Source: Octopus bimaculoides (lineage: Eukaryota). Taken from it: a stretch of 64,000 nt of DNA. Below the pieces are notes generated by a model that saw nothing but the letters and a program-made list of their open reading frames with translations, did not search any database and was not told the origin of the DNA. This document shows, piece by piece, positions 1 to 13,556 of the stretch; position 1 is the stretch's first letter; every line of letters begins with the position of its first letter. The stretch covers positions 50,650,491 to 50,714,490 of the forward strand of contig NC_068998.1 of NCBI RefSeq assembly GCF_001194135.2. Reading direction: 5' to 3'. The translations under genes were made by a program, and so were the position numbers.

Positions 1-773
1 ACAAAACACGTCATTAGGTGAAGAAAATAAAACCATCGCCTTTTGTATCGATGGCGAGCATATTATAGAATCGTGTCGTTGAGAAACATGAGATTGCAAA
101 CAATTTAAATACTGACGGATGTGTCAAAATCGTTAACACTACGTGAACCATACATCACTTTTAACGATCACAAGGTTAATTTCTTGAATAATCATCTGCT
201 AGATTCTTTAACACTTCCGAAAAGTCAACTAGATATTGTTAACATGATAAATTAAAATTATCACGAAATTTCCACTTTAGCCATGTGGATGTACGATATG
301 TTGCTCGTAGAGTAGCGCAATAAAATCGGAAACAAGCAACCCATTAGACTTACTCATTGATGTTATATATTATTTGCTTTCGATTACTAAACAATTACTT
401 CAAAAAACATTAACGTTGGCTAAACTCTCACATCGGCATTAACGAGTTAGAAATTGAATTAAACGTAAATAAGTGAAATTTTGTAATATCCTTTCACACA
501 AATCAGTGAATTTTTAGAAAATGGTAATTTTTCCTTTGATGTCAGTTTGGCCGTATAGAGACGTCGGAAGTAAGTGAATTAAGTTGGTTTTATCTATTAC
601 ACCTGATACATACAGGAATTCTATTTTTACATAAGGGTTTATATCTTATCGATGGCTTCTCTCTATTACTCTTTTACATCTCTAACACAGTGTAATCTAC
701 TTCACGTTATTTTGTCCTTTATTTATCCAATAAAACACCCAATACGTTAGTTTTAATTCCTTAACTCCCTCCG

Positions 774-810
<37 letters not shown>

Positions 811-3111
811 NNNNNNNNNNNNNNNNNNNNNNNNNNNNNNNNNNNNNNNNNNNNNNNNNNNNNNNNNNNNNNNNNNNNNNNNNNNNNNNNNNNNNNNNNN
901 NNNNNNNNNNNNNNNNNNNNNNNNNNNNNNNNNNNNNNNNNNNNNNNNNNNNNNNNNNNNNNNNNNNNNNNNNNNNNNNNNNNNNNNNNNNNNNNNNNNN
1001 NNNNNNNNNNNNNNNNNNNNNNNNNNNNNNNNNNNNNNNNNNNNNNNNNNNNNNNNNNNNNNNNNNNNNNNNNNNNNNNNNNNNNNNNNNNNNNNNNNNN
1101 NNNNNNNNNNNNNNNNNNNNNNNNNNNNNNNNNNNNNNNNNNNNNNNNNNNNNNNNNNNNNNNNNNNNNNNNNNNNNNNNNNNNNNNNNNNNNNNNNNNN
1201 NNNNNNNNNNNNNNNNNNNNNNNNNNNNNNNNNNNNNNNNNNNNNNNNNNNNNNNNNNNNNNNNNNNNNNNNNNNNNNNNNNNNNNNNNNNNNNNNNNNN
1301 NNNNNNNNNNNNNNNNNNNNNNNNNNNNNNNNNNNNNNNNNNNNNNNNNNNNNNNNNNNNNNNNNNNNNNNNNNNNNNNNNNNNNNNNNNNNNNNNNNNN
1401 NNNNNNNNNNNNNNNNNNNNNNNNNNNNNNNNNNNNNNNNNNNNNNNNNNNNNNNNNNNNNNNNNNNNNNNNNNNNNNNNNNNNNNNNNNNNNNNNNNNN
1501 NNNNNNNNNNNNNNNNNNNNNNNNNNNNNNNNNNNNNNNNNNNNNNNNNNNNNNNNNNNNNNNNNNNNNNNNNNNNNNNNNNNNNNNNNNNNNNNNNNNN
1601 NNNNNNNNNNNNNNNNNNNNNTGTATGTATGTATGTATGTATGTATGTATGTATGTATGTATATAATATATGTCTCGAAACATATGTTTGCAGATAATTG
1701 TATTTTTTTGTGTAATTTTCACTGGTCTTGCTCGCTTTACGTTTTTTGTTGCTTCGCTAAATTCCCTTTGAGAATTATTCGGTCTTAGTAGACACATGAT
1801 ATGTGATCTTCTTCTAGCACATTACCAGTCCACCTAGTGGCCTCCTTTATATATACTCGTATATATTTTTATATATAATATATATGTATATACGGTGACA
1901 GAGAAAGTGATAATTCTGTATTGAGAAAAGAAGGTTCACGACAAAGATGTAGACAGGGAAAGAATGACGATGGATCTTCTACGTGATCGCTCGACCGTAT
2001 GATCTTTTAGAAAAAGCAACAATTATAGATCAAAATACAAGGGATTCTGAAAGCTGGAATATTATTGACAAATCTACTCATTCACATCTTACTTGGTGTT
2101 TGAACGACAACAATAACAACAACAAGGACGACGACAATCTCTGCCTCAATGAAGATGGCAAAAATCAAAAACAACCACAACAAATATAACTCAAGCTATG
2201 CGATGCTGTGTTCAACTTAGAGCAAACTGTTTGTAGTTTAGTGGTTTATTTTGTCACGTCTAAATTCTTCTGCAAATACGAGAAATGAATGGATAAGTTT
2301 GTTTAACTAAAACAACATACGATCAACTCAACATCAATAACGTGTTTTTTTAAAAGTTTTTGCAGATGTTTTTGTTCTTCGTTTATATATTCTTTGATTG
2401 ATTTATTCTTTGAGAAGAACAAATAACTTTTTTATATTCATTCCTTGTGCTACTCTTTCTTTGTGCCTTCATAGCAAAGAAGAACCCCCACCCCCACCCC
2501 AAGATTTCCTAAACAAGCGCTATCTGCTTGCCATAGAATTTTCGTAAAAAAATACAAAGATCGTTTCCTGTTGATTTAACTTCATCTGTTTTCCTTTGCT
2601 TATTAAATCGTTTATTTGTTTGTTTCAAAATGACCGCCTGTCAGCTTTGGTCAGTTCTAAGAAAGTATTAAAGAAATAGAAATAATGANNNNNNNNNNNN
2701 NNNNNNNNNNNNNNNNNNNNNNNNNNNNNNNNNNNNNNNNNNNNNNNNNNNNNNNNNNNNNNNNNNNNNNNNNNNNNNNNNNNNNNNNNNNNNNNNNNNN
2801 NNNNNNNNNNNNNNNNNNNNNNNNNNNNNNNNNNNNNNNNNNNNNNNNNNNNNNNNNNNNNNNNNNNNNNNNNNNNNNNNNNNNNNNNNNNNNNNNNNNN
2901 NNNNNNNNNNNNNNNNNNNNNNNNNNNNNNNNNNNNNNNNNNNNNNNNNNNNNNNNNNNNNNNNNNNNNNNNNNNNNNNNNNNNNNNNNNNNNNNNNNNN
3001 NNNNNNNNNNNNNNNNNNNNNNNNNNNNNNNNNNNNNNNNNNNNNNNNNNNNNNNNNNNNNNNNNNNNNNNNNNNNNNNNNNNNNNNNNNNNNNNNNNNN
3101 NNNNACACAAG

Positions 3112-3143
3112 ATTACTACTACTACTATTACTACTACTACTAC

Positions 3144-3187
<44 letters not shown>

Positions 3188-3545
3188 GTGGTGATGGTGG
3201 TGGTGGTGGTGGTGGTGGTGACGGTCGTGATGGTTTTGGCGGTGGTAGTTGTGCTGCTGCTGATAATGTTGATGATGATGGTGATGAAGTTGAAGAGAAA
3301 GACGAAGAGGAGACAGCGCAGAACGGTGGTGATGGTGGGGGTAGTGAAGGTGGTAGTGGTGCTAACAGTGGCTGAAGTATTGATGATGATGATGGTGATG
3401 ATGACGACGATGTTAACAACCACGACGATGGTGGTGGTGGTAGTGGTGGTGGTGGTAGTTGTGGGGATCATGTTGACGATGACAACACCGACAACGGTGA
3501 CGACGATGATGATGATGAAGATGGAGACGACGACGACAATGGTTA
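3112..3545. repeat. Compound trinucleotide low-complexity block (representative)
   Basis: (TAC)n(TAA)n(GGT)n(GAT)n(GAC)n mosaic. Similar blocks occur at 5225-5415, 11945-12115, 23048-23215, 41320-41850 and 49095-49620. Confidence 0.9.
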
Positions 3546-4454
3546 AATAAGTATACAAATCGATCGGAGACACACACACATAAAAAATATAAAATAAAAC
3601 CATTTATTGAATTTGATTTCTTCAATTTCGCTTCTCCACTTCAAGTGATATTCTATTTATTCATTCATTAATCTACTCATTCATTATTCATTAATCCACT
3701 CATTCATTATTCATTCATCCATTCATTCATTCAAATTCTTTATAAATTCACCTAATTTTACTGCGTATGTACATCCATACATACATATATATATAATACA
3801 CATATGTTCACAAATATTCACATATATGTATACATATATATATATGTAAGTATATATACATGTATATATATATGTACATATACATATTTATATACGTATG
3901 TACATATATACATACCTGTATGTATGTGTGTGGGTGGGTGTATGAATATGTTCGTTTGTTGGAGTGTGCGTGTATGTGTGTGTGCGTTTGTGTGTGTGTA
4001 TGTGTGTGTGTGTGTGTGTGTGCGTGCGTATGTGTGTACTCCATCTCTTTTAACACATTCACATTTTCGTGGCATCCGGTGGATTGTTTGATGAAACTTA
4101 TCAGGAGTGAAGTGGAGATGTCATGGAGATCTTTGAGAAACGCAGCTGTGTCTATATTGTTATAGAATTTATAATAAGTTACACAGCTAGTTGTGTACTA
4201 TAGAATATGTAATAAGGTACGGGTAGCTGTTGTGTTTTATACTTCAACAGATTCAGGTGTTTGCACAGCATATTTCTTTATCAATTGATTTCACATCAAA
4301 TGCCCACATGCATATGTTTACGTAAGCACGCAGCCACGAACCCATTAATATGCACATATAGATTTATAAACGTCTATGTATATGCATATACATATATGTA
4401 TACAGATATTAATAAATATATATATGTATGTACATGTGTGTGTGTGTGCGTGTA

Positions 4455-4953
4455 TATGGCGTAGTCCCATCAATAATGCGGTTTTTATACTTCTTTTATT
4501 ATTCAAAATTAAGATAAACAAATTTCTGTTTTTAATCTAAAATATACTCTCCTTCATTTTCTACAATGTTCTTCCATCTCTTTGATAGACGTGCGAGGCC
4601 CTTTTTCCAAAATTCACTCGTCCGCGATGAAACATGTTCCTCCAGGACGGTTCTGACCTCGTGTACAAACTTCATATTTTTTTAATCCAAATGATTTTGA
4701 AAACTGCGGAATAAATGATAATTAGATGGGGGCAATTTCCAATCAAACTGCTCCAGCCTCTCCGATGTCATCCTCACTGTATATGGTCGAGCATTATCCG
4801 GATGAATGAACACCTTTCGTCTTGATACCAAAGTTTTTCTTCTAGCGTCGACTTAGGCCGCTCAAGATGCTCGCAGTAGATCTCCTTTGTTATCGTTCGG
4901 TTTGGGTTTAAAAGTTCAAAGTGGACAAACCGCATTATTTATGGGATGACCCA

Positions 4954-4956
<3 letters not shown>
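4455..4956 (-). mobile_element. Internally deleted mariner (Tc1/mariner) element
   Basis: Imperfect 30-bp TIRs (TATGGCGTAGTCCCATCAATAATGCGGTTT vs reverse complement TATTGGGTCATCCCATAAATAATGCGGTTT, 25/30), starting and ending in TA. Minus-strand translation with a frameshift and a stop gives EIYCEHLER..IHPDNARPYT..LPPSNYHLFRS..RWKNIVENEGEYILD*, the mariner transposase C-terminus. Confidence 0.85.
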
Positions 4957-4987
<31 letters not shown>

Positions 4988-5273
4988 ATACACACACACA
5001 CACACATATATATATATGTATATGTATTTGTATGTATATATGTATGTATGTTTGTATGTATATGTGTGTGTACGCATGATCATTTAATGCTTTTGTTATG
5101 GAGCACGCAAAGCATATTGCATTGTTGTCGAGCATATTGCATATTGAAAAGGATTTCAATAACTATTGCAGAATATAGAATGAAATAAAATGGAATCCAC
5201 CTACGTATCGGGTCTTATCGCAGGATGATGACGACGACAACAGCGACACTGATGATGATGATGATGGTGGTGG

Positions 5274-5330
<57 letters not shown>

Positions 5331-5372
5331 CGATGATGATGATGACGATGATGATGATGGTGGTGGTGGTGG

Positions 5373-5415
<43 letters not shown>

Positions 5416-6045
5416 AAAATCAATTCAGAGTTGTTGCTCACTGACTAGATTAGTTTGTCCAATCAGAGCTTTTAAAACCCTACCCGAACAGGATGTATGA
5501 AATGATAACATATTGAGTTTCTTATAAATTCCTTTTCCACCCCACCCCTCCGCCTTATTTATCTTTCTACTTTATTGTTATTTTGTTTATTTTTAAAAAG
5601 AAATCAATAAATATTATTCAGATATGAAATATAGTTGCGAGATTATATTAATTTTGTTTTCCGTGTTGCTCTGATAACTGTTAAATGTAAAAATATGAAT
5701 AAAATTTAAACTAAATTGATAAAGATAATTTTGTTAAAATATTTTTATCAGAGTACAATGCATTAATATCAGGTCTCTGCTGAATGACATTAAACCAGAT
5801 TACGAGTTACAGTGTTGTCATATAAAAGCTGCTTGGCATTAAAGACGATGTTTCTTTTCTATTTGTGAAAGAATTGTAATTTAGAGCAATTTATAGCGGT
5901 TCACCTTCTAATATACGAAGATCTTAAAGAATTTTATAGAATCTAACGGGTTATATCTATCGATTTTTCGGTATTTCGTTCTGAAGCCTGCGGAAATGTT
6001 TTCGAAGAATTGGTTATTAGGATTAAAGAAATGCCACCGACTATT

Positions 6046-6076
<31 letters not shown>

Positions 6077-8320
6077 NNNNNNNNNNNNNNNNNNNNNNNN
6101 NNNNNNNNNNNNNNNNNNNNNNNNNNNNNNNNNNNNNNNNNNNNNNNNNNNNNNNNNNNNNNNNNNNNNNNNNNNNNNNNNNNNNNNNNNNNNNNNNNNN
6201 NNNNNNNNNNNNNNNNNNNNNNNNNNNNNNNNNNNNNNNNNNNNNNNNNNNNNNNNNNNNNNNNNNNNNNNNNNNNNNNNNNNNNNNNNNNNNNNNNNNN
6301 NNNNNNNNNNNNNNNNNNNNNNNNNNNNNNNNNNNNNNATATATATACATACACACTCACACATATATATATCTTAATATATGAAACAGAAATTGTGTTT
6401 GTGTGTGCGCATGTGTGTGAGTGCGCATGTTTTTATGGATTCGAAAACTGAGATGCCGATTTTGACGTATGAGGTATCAAAAGATCCAGTAATATTTGGG
6501 CTACCAAATAAAGTATGTTTTTTGCACAAAAACTCTTTTTTACTACAAAAGTAACCTTGAAAACGAGCTCGGGTCGCACAATTTTATGGTCTTTAGCTAA
6601 GAGAGGCAACTCTGTCTGAACACTTTTTACGTCTTACATAGAGCATAATGAGATATTTAATTCAAATATTGTCGGTTCTACAATTTTTCTTCTATATTAG
6701 TTATATTTATTTAGGTTTTATACCACAGAGCTGCATCTGTATAAAGCGTCCACTATATTGAACATGGCAGAAGCTTTAGCGCATCGAACAAAATGCTTAA
6801 CGGCATTTCGTCTGTCTTTACGTTCTGAGTACAAATTTCGCCAACTTCTCTTCTCGTCGTTTCGGGGTAATTGAAATAACTACCCGCTACGCACTGAGGT
6901 CCATATAGTCGATTCGCCGCATCACCTCAAATCTCAGGCCTTGTGCCTGTAGTAGACAAGATTATTGCTATTACAGTTGATGTTGTTATCGTTATCATTG
7001 TCGATGTCGTCGTCATATTCCGTTTGAATGCCCGGCGGAACATGCTTTCTGCAACCGTTATCTATGTACAAACACACATGGACATATCACACCTAGATAT
7101 GCACATGCTTCATACATCTCACAGGTTATCGACCGACCAGACGTATTACACCGCTTGGGGAGTACCTTGCAACAATGACACAGATAATCTCCCAGATATC
7201 AAACTATTATCAGATATGACTCAAATACTTCCAGCAGTTTGTTTAATAAACCCTTACTTTATTTAGCTACATCTAAAATATATAACTTGTTAGCAAAGTA
7301 GTGTTTATTTGATATCATCTATACATTCCAACGCCAGCCACTAAGTATTTTATCTCCATAGTAACACTGTTTGCCAATGCTCTGAGAGGTTGCAGTGAGT
7401 GGTTTGTCAAGTGATGAGGACGTGATCGTGGAGGAGAGGTGAGGGGAGTGCTGGATAGGGTTGGAATTGTAGAAGCTACAACATATCGATCAGAATACCA
7501 ATGAGATTATAAGTGATAAAAAACAAAAACTATACTAAAACAATAGTCAATCCAATTGCATTTGTACAAATATTTAATTTTATCCCCACTTATCGCCTAG
7601 GAGAAATAGGAAGACAGTAACACAACACGAATATTTCACGCTAATCTGGTCACGGTGCTCCTAGGATTCATTCAACTATAAAATTATTAGAATCATTACT
7701 CTACGCTTGGTCTGATTTCCTCTAGCTCTTTATTAATGAATCTAAACTTTTTCTGTATTTATGTCTATGAATATATATCGATATATGCTTTATAAGCATT
7801 TAGCTATGTATCTTTGTAATTATCTATCTATCTGATCGTAATTAATTTATATATATATATATATAAGATAGATAGATAGAGAGAGATGTGTTTTTCTGTG
7901 TGCANNNNNNNNNNNNNNNNNNNNNNNNNNNNNNNNNNNNNNNNNNNNNNNNNNNNNNNNNNNNNNNNNNNNNNNNNNNNNNNNNNNNNNNNNNNNNNNN
8001 NNNNNNNNNNNNNNNNNNNNNNNNNNNNNNNNNNNNNNNNNNNNNNNNNNNNNNNNNNNNNNNNNNNNNNNNNNNNNNNNNNNNNNNNNNNNNNNNNNNN
8101 NNNNNNNNNNNNNNNNNNNNNNNNNNNNNNNNNNNNNNNNNNNNNNNNNNNNNNNNNNNNNNNNNNNNNNNNNNNNNNNNNNNNNNNNNNNNNNNNNNNN
8201 NNNNNNNNNNNNNNNNNNNNNNNNNNNNNNNNNNNNNNNNNNNNNNNNNNNNNNNNNNNNNNNNNNNNNNNNNNNNNNNNNNNNNNNNNNNNNNNNNNNN
8301 NNATATATATATATATATAT

Positions 8321-8514
8321 GGGAGAATATACAAATAATAACAACAGACGAGGACAGGTGGTGTAAATAACAAAAGTATATATTAGTATGACGCTCGGGA
8401 ATACGGAAAGTCTTTGACGTTTCGAGCTACGCTCTTCAACAGAAAGAATACGGAGACAAGGAGAAAAACACGGAGAAAAAAAATTGAATAGTGTTCAGTC
8501 AACGGTCAATCATA
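8321..8514 (-). mobile_element. Short non-autonomous element (family B) embedded in (TA)n
   Basis: About 190 bp flanked on both sides by TA repeats. Homologous to 23590-23742 (+) and to the tail at 63737-63782 (GGGAGAATATACAAA..AACAACAGACGAGGACAGGTGGTGT next to (TA)n). Confidence 0.7.
8411..8447 (-). ncRNA. Minimal hammerhead-like motif (family B)
   Basis: TCTTT CTGTTGA A GAGC-gta-GCTC GAAAC GTC AAAGA. Perfect 5-bp helix I, 4-bp helix II, ACGT palindrome, GUC triplet. The core has A6U. Confidence 0.6.
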
Positions 8515-8766
8515 ATATATATATATAAGATAGATAGATAGAGAGAGATGTGTTTTTCTGTGTGCAATAGAATGTGTGCATATATGCACATATATATACA
8601 TAGATACATATATACATACATTCATTCATACATGCATACATGTCTTTAAATTTGTCTCCTTTATGCGGCGAGATATACTAAAACTAAAAGTCTATTGGAC
8701 ATGTGTGTGTATGTGCTCGTGTGTGTGTGTGCGTGTGAATGCATGTGTGTGTGTGTGTGTGTGTGT

Positions 8767-8807
<41 letters not shown>

Positions 8808-9237
8808 GGTTAGCTTGTTGTTTGAAGACAAGACTATCTCCAAACTTTGGTAACGAGCCGAACGCACCTTAAAGTAATTATATTAGCGCAAGTACATACC
8901 TGTACTTGTGTTTCGCTCTTCAAGAGTTCTTCACAACAACAGGAATTTGTCAAAATGGTTGGCATTACATATTCTTTTGTTATTTTATTTGTTTCAGTCA
9001 TTTGTTTACGGCCATGCTGGAGCAACGCCTTTAGTGCTTCAATGGTAATTTCAAAAGGGAAGCCCGTTATATAAGTTAACACTAAGTAAACTACCAAAAG
9101 GTTATAGAAAAACGTAGTGTTTCTTGATGCAACAAATCATGACTCTTCTGATTTTGGTAGAAAGAGTCATATTCGCCGACATCTGTAGCCATTGTCCATG
9201 AAGAAAGAGAACTGGCTTTTGATATTAAACACTTTTT

Positions 9238-9435
9238 AAGGTGGTGAGCTGGCGAAATCGTTAGCACGCCCAGCAAAATGCTTAGCGGATTTTCGTCCCT
9301 TTTTACGTTCTGAGTTCAAATTCCGCCAGCGTCGACATTGCCTTTTATCCTTTCGGGGCTGATAAGATAAGAACACTGGGGTTGATGCAATCGACTTTCC
9401 CCTCCCCTGAAATTTCCGTGCGAAGATTTGAAGCC
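9238..9435 (+). mobile_element. tRNA-derived SINE (abundant family, GCCTTTCATCCTTTCGGGGTCGATAA core) with a 14-bp TSD
   Basis: Head AAGGTGGTGAGCTGGCG..GTTCAAATTCC. Direct repeat GATATTAAACACTT at 9221-9234 and 9436-9449. The central block resembles the Meta/MESC SINE domain as recalled, not verified. Confidence 0.8.
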
Positions 9436-11953
9436 GATATTAAACACTTCTTTGGAGTGATATAAAAATATATTTGCATTGCGGTCACCATTATTTTTGC
9501 AAAGATATCTCAACGTATCTCCCTAAATATTTATGCTCAATGGAACATGAAAAAATATCAGGTTAATATAATTTGGGTGTTATAATGTTAATGGCAGGTT
9601 TGTATGTAACTTATGTTATTTTCATTTATTTCATTTATTGTGTTTTCTTTTTTTGCTTTTGGAAATTCGACCAGTTTCAAATTTTAATTTTAAATAAGCG
9701 TTGTATATTTTATTTTCGACGTATTTTCAGTGTATATTCAATGAAAATTTAAACATGTTATATTAATTAGAGCGAGTATTCAAATTATGTTAGTAACCAG
9801 ATTAAAGAAGAAATGTTTCTATTCGTACGTTTTGTTTTTCTCAAAAATGATTCTTTAGAATGTAATTATGATGATATAATTATGAAAGTATAATTAGTGA
9901 GATATAATTAACTTTGTTTATTATGAGATAAATAAATGATGGCTTACGTTAACACATTCCTACATGCAAAGCATCACTGCTTTCAAATGTTTCATAAGAA
10001 TTCATAATTATTTTGTGCGTAAAAAAAAACTGTTTATATTTTATTTTTTATTTTCATTTTCGTTTTTTCTGTAACGGTATATACATGTGAACTTTGTGTG
10101 TGTATGTGTGAGGGGTAGGGTATTATAACGAGCGAACGAAAATTTACCTAATATGTACAATACAGTACCAATTTAATGTAGTCTGCTGAAGCAAACACTG
10201 GCAGCTACTGACAGTTTCTTGCACAAATGAAGAATAAATACATAAAATTTACGCAGTTTTACATGCCGCCATATTGGAATAAATTTTAAAAGAAAACCAC
10301 GTCATATTAATGCGTGAATGCCTTTAACACATTAGCTGTACAAACCTTGTGTTGATCTCGTATTATCACAAGCATTAATTATCATTAAGTTGGGAGCTCT
10401 GTAAACTTAATTCGAAAGACGTTACTCTTGAGGGTCAATTTTGAAACGGAAATAATACACAAGAGAAAATTCATCGATATAGATACGAGGATGTTTCAAA
10501 AACAGTTGATAGGGGAATGATTGCTGAGTTAATGCACGGAAACGATGGGTCAGTGAGAAGTATTTAGTATATTGGTCTCACCAAACGTTCTTTGATGCTT
10601 TATGGTTTAGATTTACTCGTAGTTCCTAATTTAGAGAAGGTACAAGGTAAATTTGATGTTATACGCGATTGCGTCCCTAGTTTCTCGCAGTTTGATTTCT
10701 TCGGATAATAAACAGTAAACTAGTACTTTCTTTCGTCTGCTCCTACATCAAATGGGCCTTGGACTATTATAAATTGTTTTTGCGTGTATGCAGAGACCTT
10801 ATTCAAACGAAATTGTGTGAAGCTTACTTAAATCTTTACAAAACCATTTAGAGAGGAACAGCATGGACATCAGGGAATACAGGGGAAAATGAAGTAAATG
10901 TATATTTTATTCAATACCCATGGAATTTTTCAAAACCAAACATTGAAATAAATTACAAATAGATGGAAAGAAGCGAAAGAAAACGAAGTAAAATTTTACA
11001 TAAATTAAATTTGCAGTATCGAATATTATATTTGTAAATTAAAATAAATACAAAAATCGGACAGAACTTTCAGTACACACTAACACATCTAGTTTTCCAA
11101 TAAAATATTTGAATATGCCAAAGCGTTCATATTTACACAGCCTTCTTGTAACATAATGCTTCAAGTTAATTCATTTATCTTTTCAAGTGTATGTATATAT
11201 GTGCATGCACATGTATGTACATGCGATTACTTATTATATATGTGTGTGTGTGTGTGTGTGTATATATGTACGCATGCATGCATGTGTAAGTACGTAAATA
11301 CATACACATGTATGTATGATTATACGATTATATTAATACATATAGGCATTCAGAACGATATAATTCCTTTTTACGAATATGAAAAGAGGCTTCAAGCTCC
11401 GTATTATTTAAAAGTCGATCAACAGTTGCTTAAACCCAGGCCAAACTTGGTTCAATTCCAATGTGTTTATACCCAATGAAGCTCTCTCCATGACCATCCC
11501 ATCAACTGGATCGTGTAGAAGACTACGTTACATGTGTATGCTTAATATTGATTTTTATACAATCATCAAGAAGAGGGTCTTTAATTGGTACTGTTGTATA
11601 TGTGTGTATGTGTGTGTGAGTGTGTGTATATGTTTGCATGCATGCATATATGTACGCAGTTATGGATGAATATGTGCGTGTATTAGTATGTATGTGTGAA
11701 AAAGTATGTGTGTGTGTGTGTATGTGTACGTGCGTGTATTCTTTATTTGTGAGTTAACAAGGCTACCAATGGTTTCGTGTGAATATATCTTCGAAATTGT
11801 TGAAGAGTGCCACATGAAAATCTTGGTACTCGTCTCCATTTTAGATAGGTATAACCAGGGGATGGGTATATCTATTGGCAACCACATGCTAATATAAAAT
11901 CCGCCATTACAGATATAAAAATCAAAATCGTTAATTGATTGAGGATGAGAATT

Positions 11954-11986
<33 letters not shown>

Positions 11987-12044
11987 GGGAGGAGGAGGAG
12001 GAGGAGGGGGATGGGGAGGAGGTGGAAGCTGGTGGTGGTGAATG

Positions 12045-12075
<31 letters not shown>

Positions 12076-13284
12076 GCAAGTGGTAACAGTAATGGTGGCG
12101 GTGGTAACGGTGGCGATTATTTAGCGCAAAGTTTCCAACCTTTNNNNNNNNNNNNNNNNNNNNNNNNNNNNNNNNNNNNNNNNNNNNNNNNNNNNNNNNN
12201 NNNNNNNNNNNNNNNNNNNNNNNNNNNNNNNNNNNNNNNNNNNNNNNNNNNNNNNNNNNNNNNNNNNNNNNNNNNNNNNNNNNNNNNNNNNNNNNNNNNN
12301 NNNNNNNNNNNNNNNNNNNNNNNNNNNNNNNNNNNNNNNNNNNNNNNNNNNNNNNNNNNNNNNNNNNNNNNNNNNNNNNNNNNNNNNNNNNNNNNNNNNN
12401 NNNNNNNNNNNNNNNNNNNNNNNNNNNNNNNNNNNNNNNNNNNNNNNNNNNNNNNNNNNNNNNNNNNNNNNNNNNNNNNNNNNNNNNNNNNNNNNNNNNN
12501 NNNNNNNNNNNNNNNNNNNNNNNNNNNNNNNNNNNNNNNNNNNNNNNNNNNNNNNNNNNNNNNNNNNNNNNNNNNNNNNNNNNNNNNNNNNNNNNNNNNN
12601 NNNNNNNNNNNNNNNNNNNNNNNNNNNNNNNNNNNNNNNNNNNNNNNNNNNNNNNNNNNNNNNNNNNNNNNNNNNNNNNNNNNNNNNNNNNNNNNNNNNN
12701 NNNNNNNNNNNNNNNNNNNNNNNNNNNNNNNNNNNNNNNNNNNNNNNNNNNNNNNNNNNNNNNNNNNNNNNNNNNNNNNNNNNNNNNNNNNNNNNNNNNN
12801 NNNNNNNNNNNNNNNNNNNNNNNNNNNNNNNNNNNNNNNNNNNNNNNNNNNNNNNNNNNNNNNNNNNNNNNNNNNNNNNNNNNNNNNNNNNNNNNNNNNN
12901 NNNNNNNNNNNNNNNNNNNNNNNNNNNNNNNNNNNNNNNNNNNNNNNNNNNNNNNNNNNNNTTGTATATGTATTTACCTTTGTACCTGTGTGCCAGACAG
13001 AATTTATCTTTTGGACGACGTTAATCAGTCTCCCAAGATCGCATCAATCAAGAAATTATAATTATCAAGTTTATACAGTAGGACAATGTATTTATCCAAA
13101 TAACCAAGTGCGATAAAACATTCACCACCACCACCGCCGCCGCCGCCACGACCACCGCCACCGCCGTAAACTGTACCAATTTTAAATATGCGCAAAAGCA
13201 ATTTTCAAGATACGACCCTCAAAATCTGAAGGAGCATTGAAACAATTAGAAAGCATTTTATGTTTTTCAATATTTCACAGGCAG

Positions 13285-13556
13285 AAGGCGGTGAGCTGGC
13301 GGAATGGTTAATGCGCCGGATAAAATGCTCAGCGGAATAGCGTCTGTTTTCGTGTTCAGAGTTCACATTCTCCCAAGAGAAGGGAGGTTGATCGATTAAA
13401 ACACCTCCAGCATTTGACTGCTATTTCATCGACGCCTGAGGGATGAATCGCAAAGTCGATCACGGATGGGTTTGAAGTGTGAACGTAAAGTGCCAAACAA
13501 ATACCACAAGGTTACATTTCAGACGCTCTGACAATTTTGAAACTTCCTCGCCCCTT
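13285..13556. mobile_element. Old inverted pair of SINE fragments (same family)
   Basis: A plus-strand head 13285-13372 is followed by a diverged minus-strand copy 13376-13556. Confidence 0.6.

Noticed and set aside
5908-5987. Candidate terminal exon GFRTKYRKIDRYNPLDSIKFFKIFVY* after acceptor catttccgcag
   Set aside because: The phase fits, but such short phase-1 segments arise often by chance and there is no independent support.
9091-9182. Candidate terminal exon DVGEYDSFYQNQKSHDLLHQETLRFSITFW*
   Set aside because: The polypyrimidine tract is weak, it lies between two SINEs, and it cannot be distinguished from chance without transcripts.
11935-12143. Acidic ORF start MIEDENYDDDD...EEEEEE on the plus strand
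   Set aside because: It is built from (GAT)n, (GAG)n and (GCT)n microsatellites, runs into a gap and lies opposite the supported gene.
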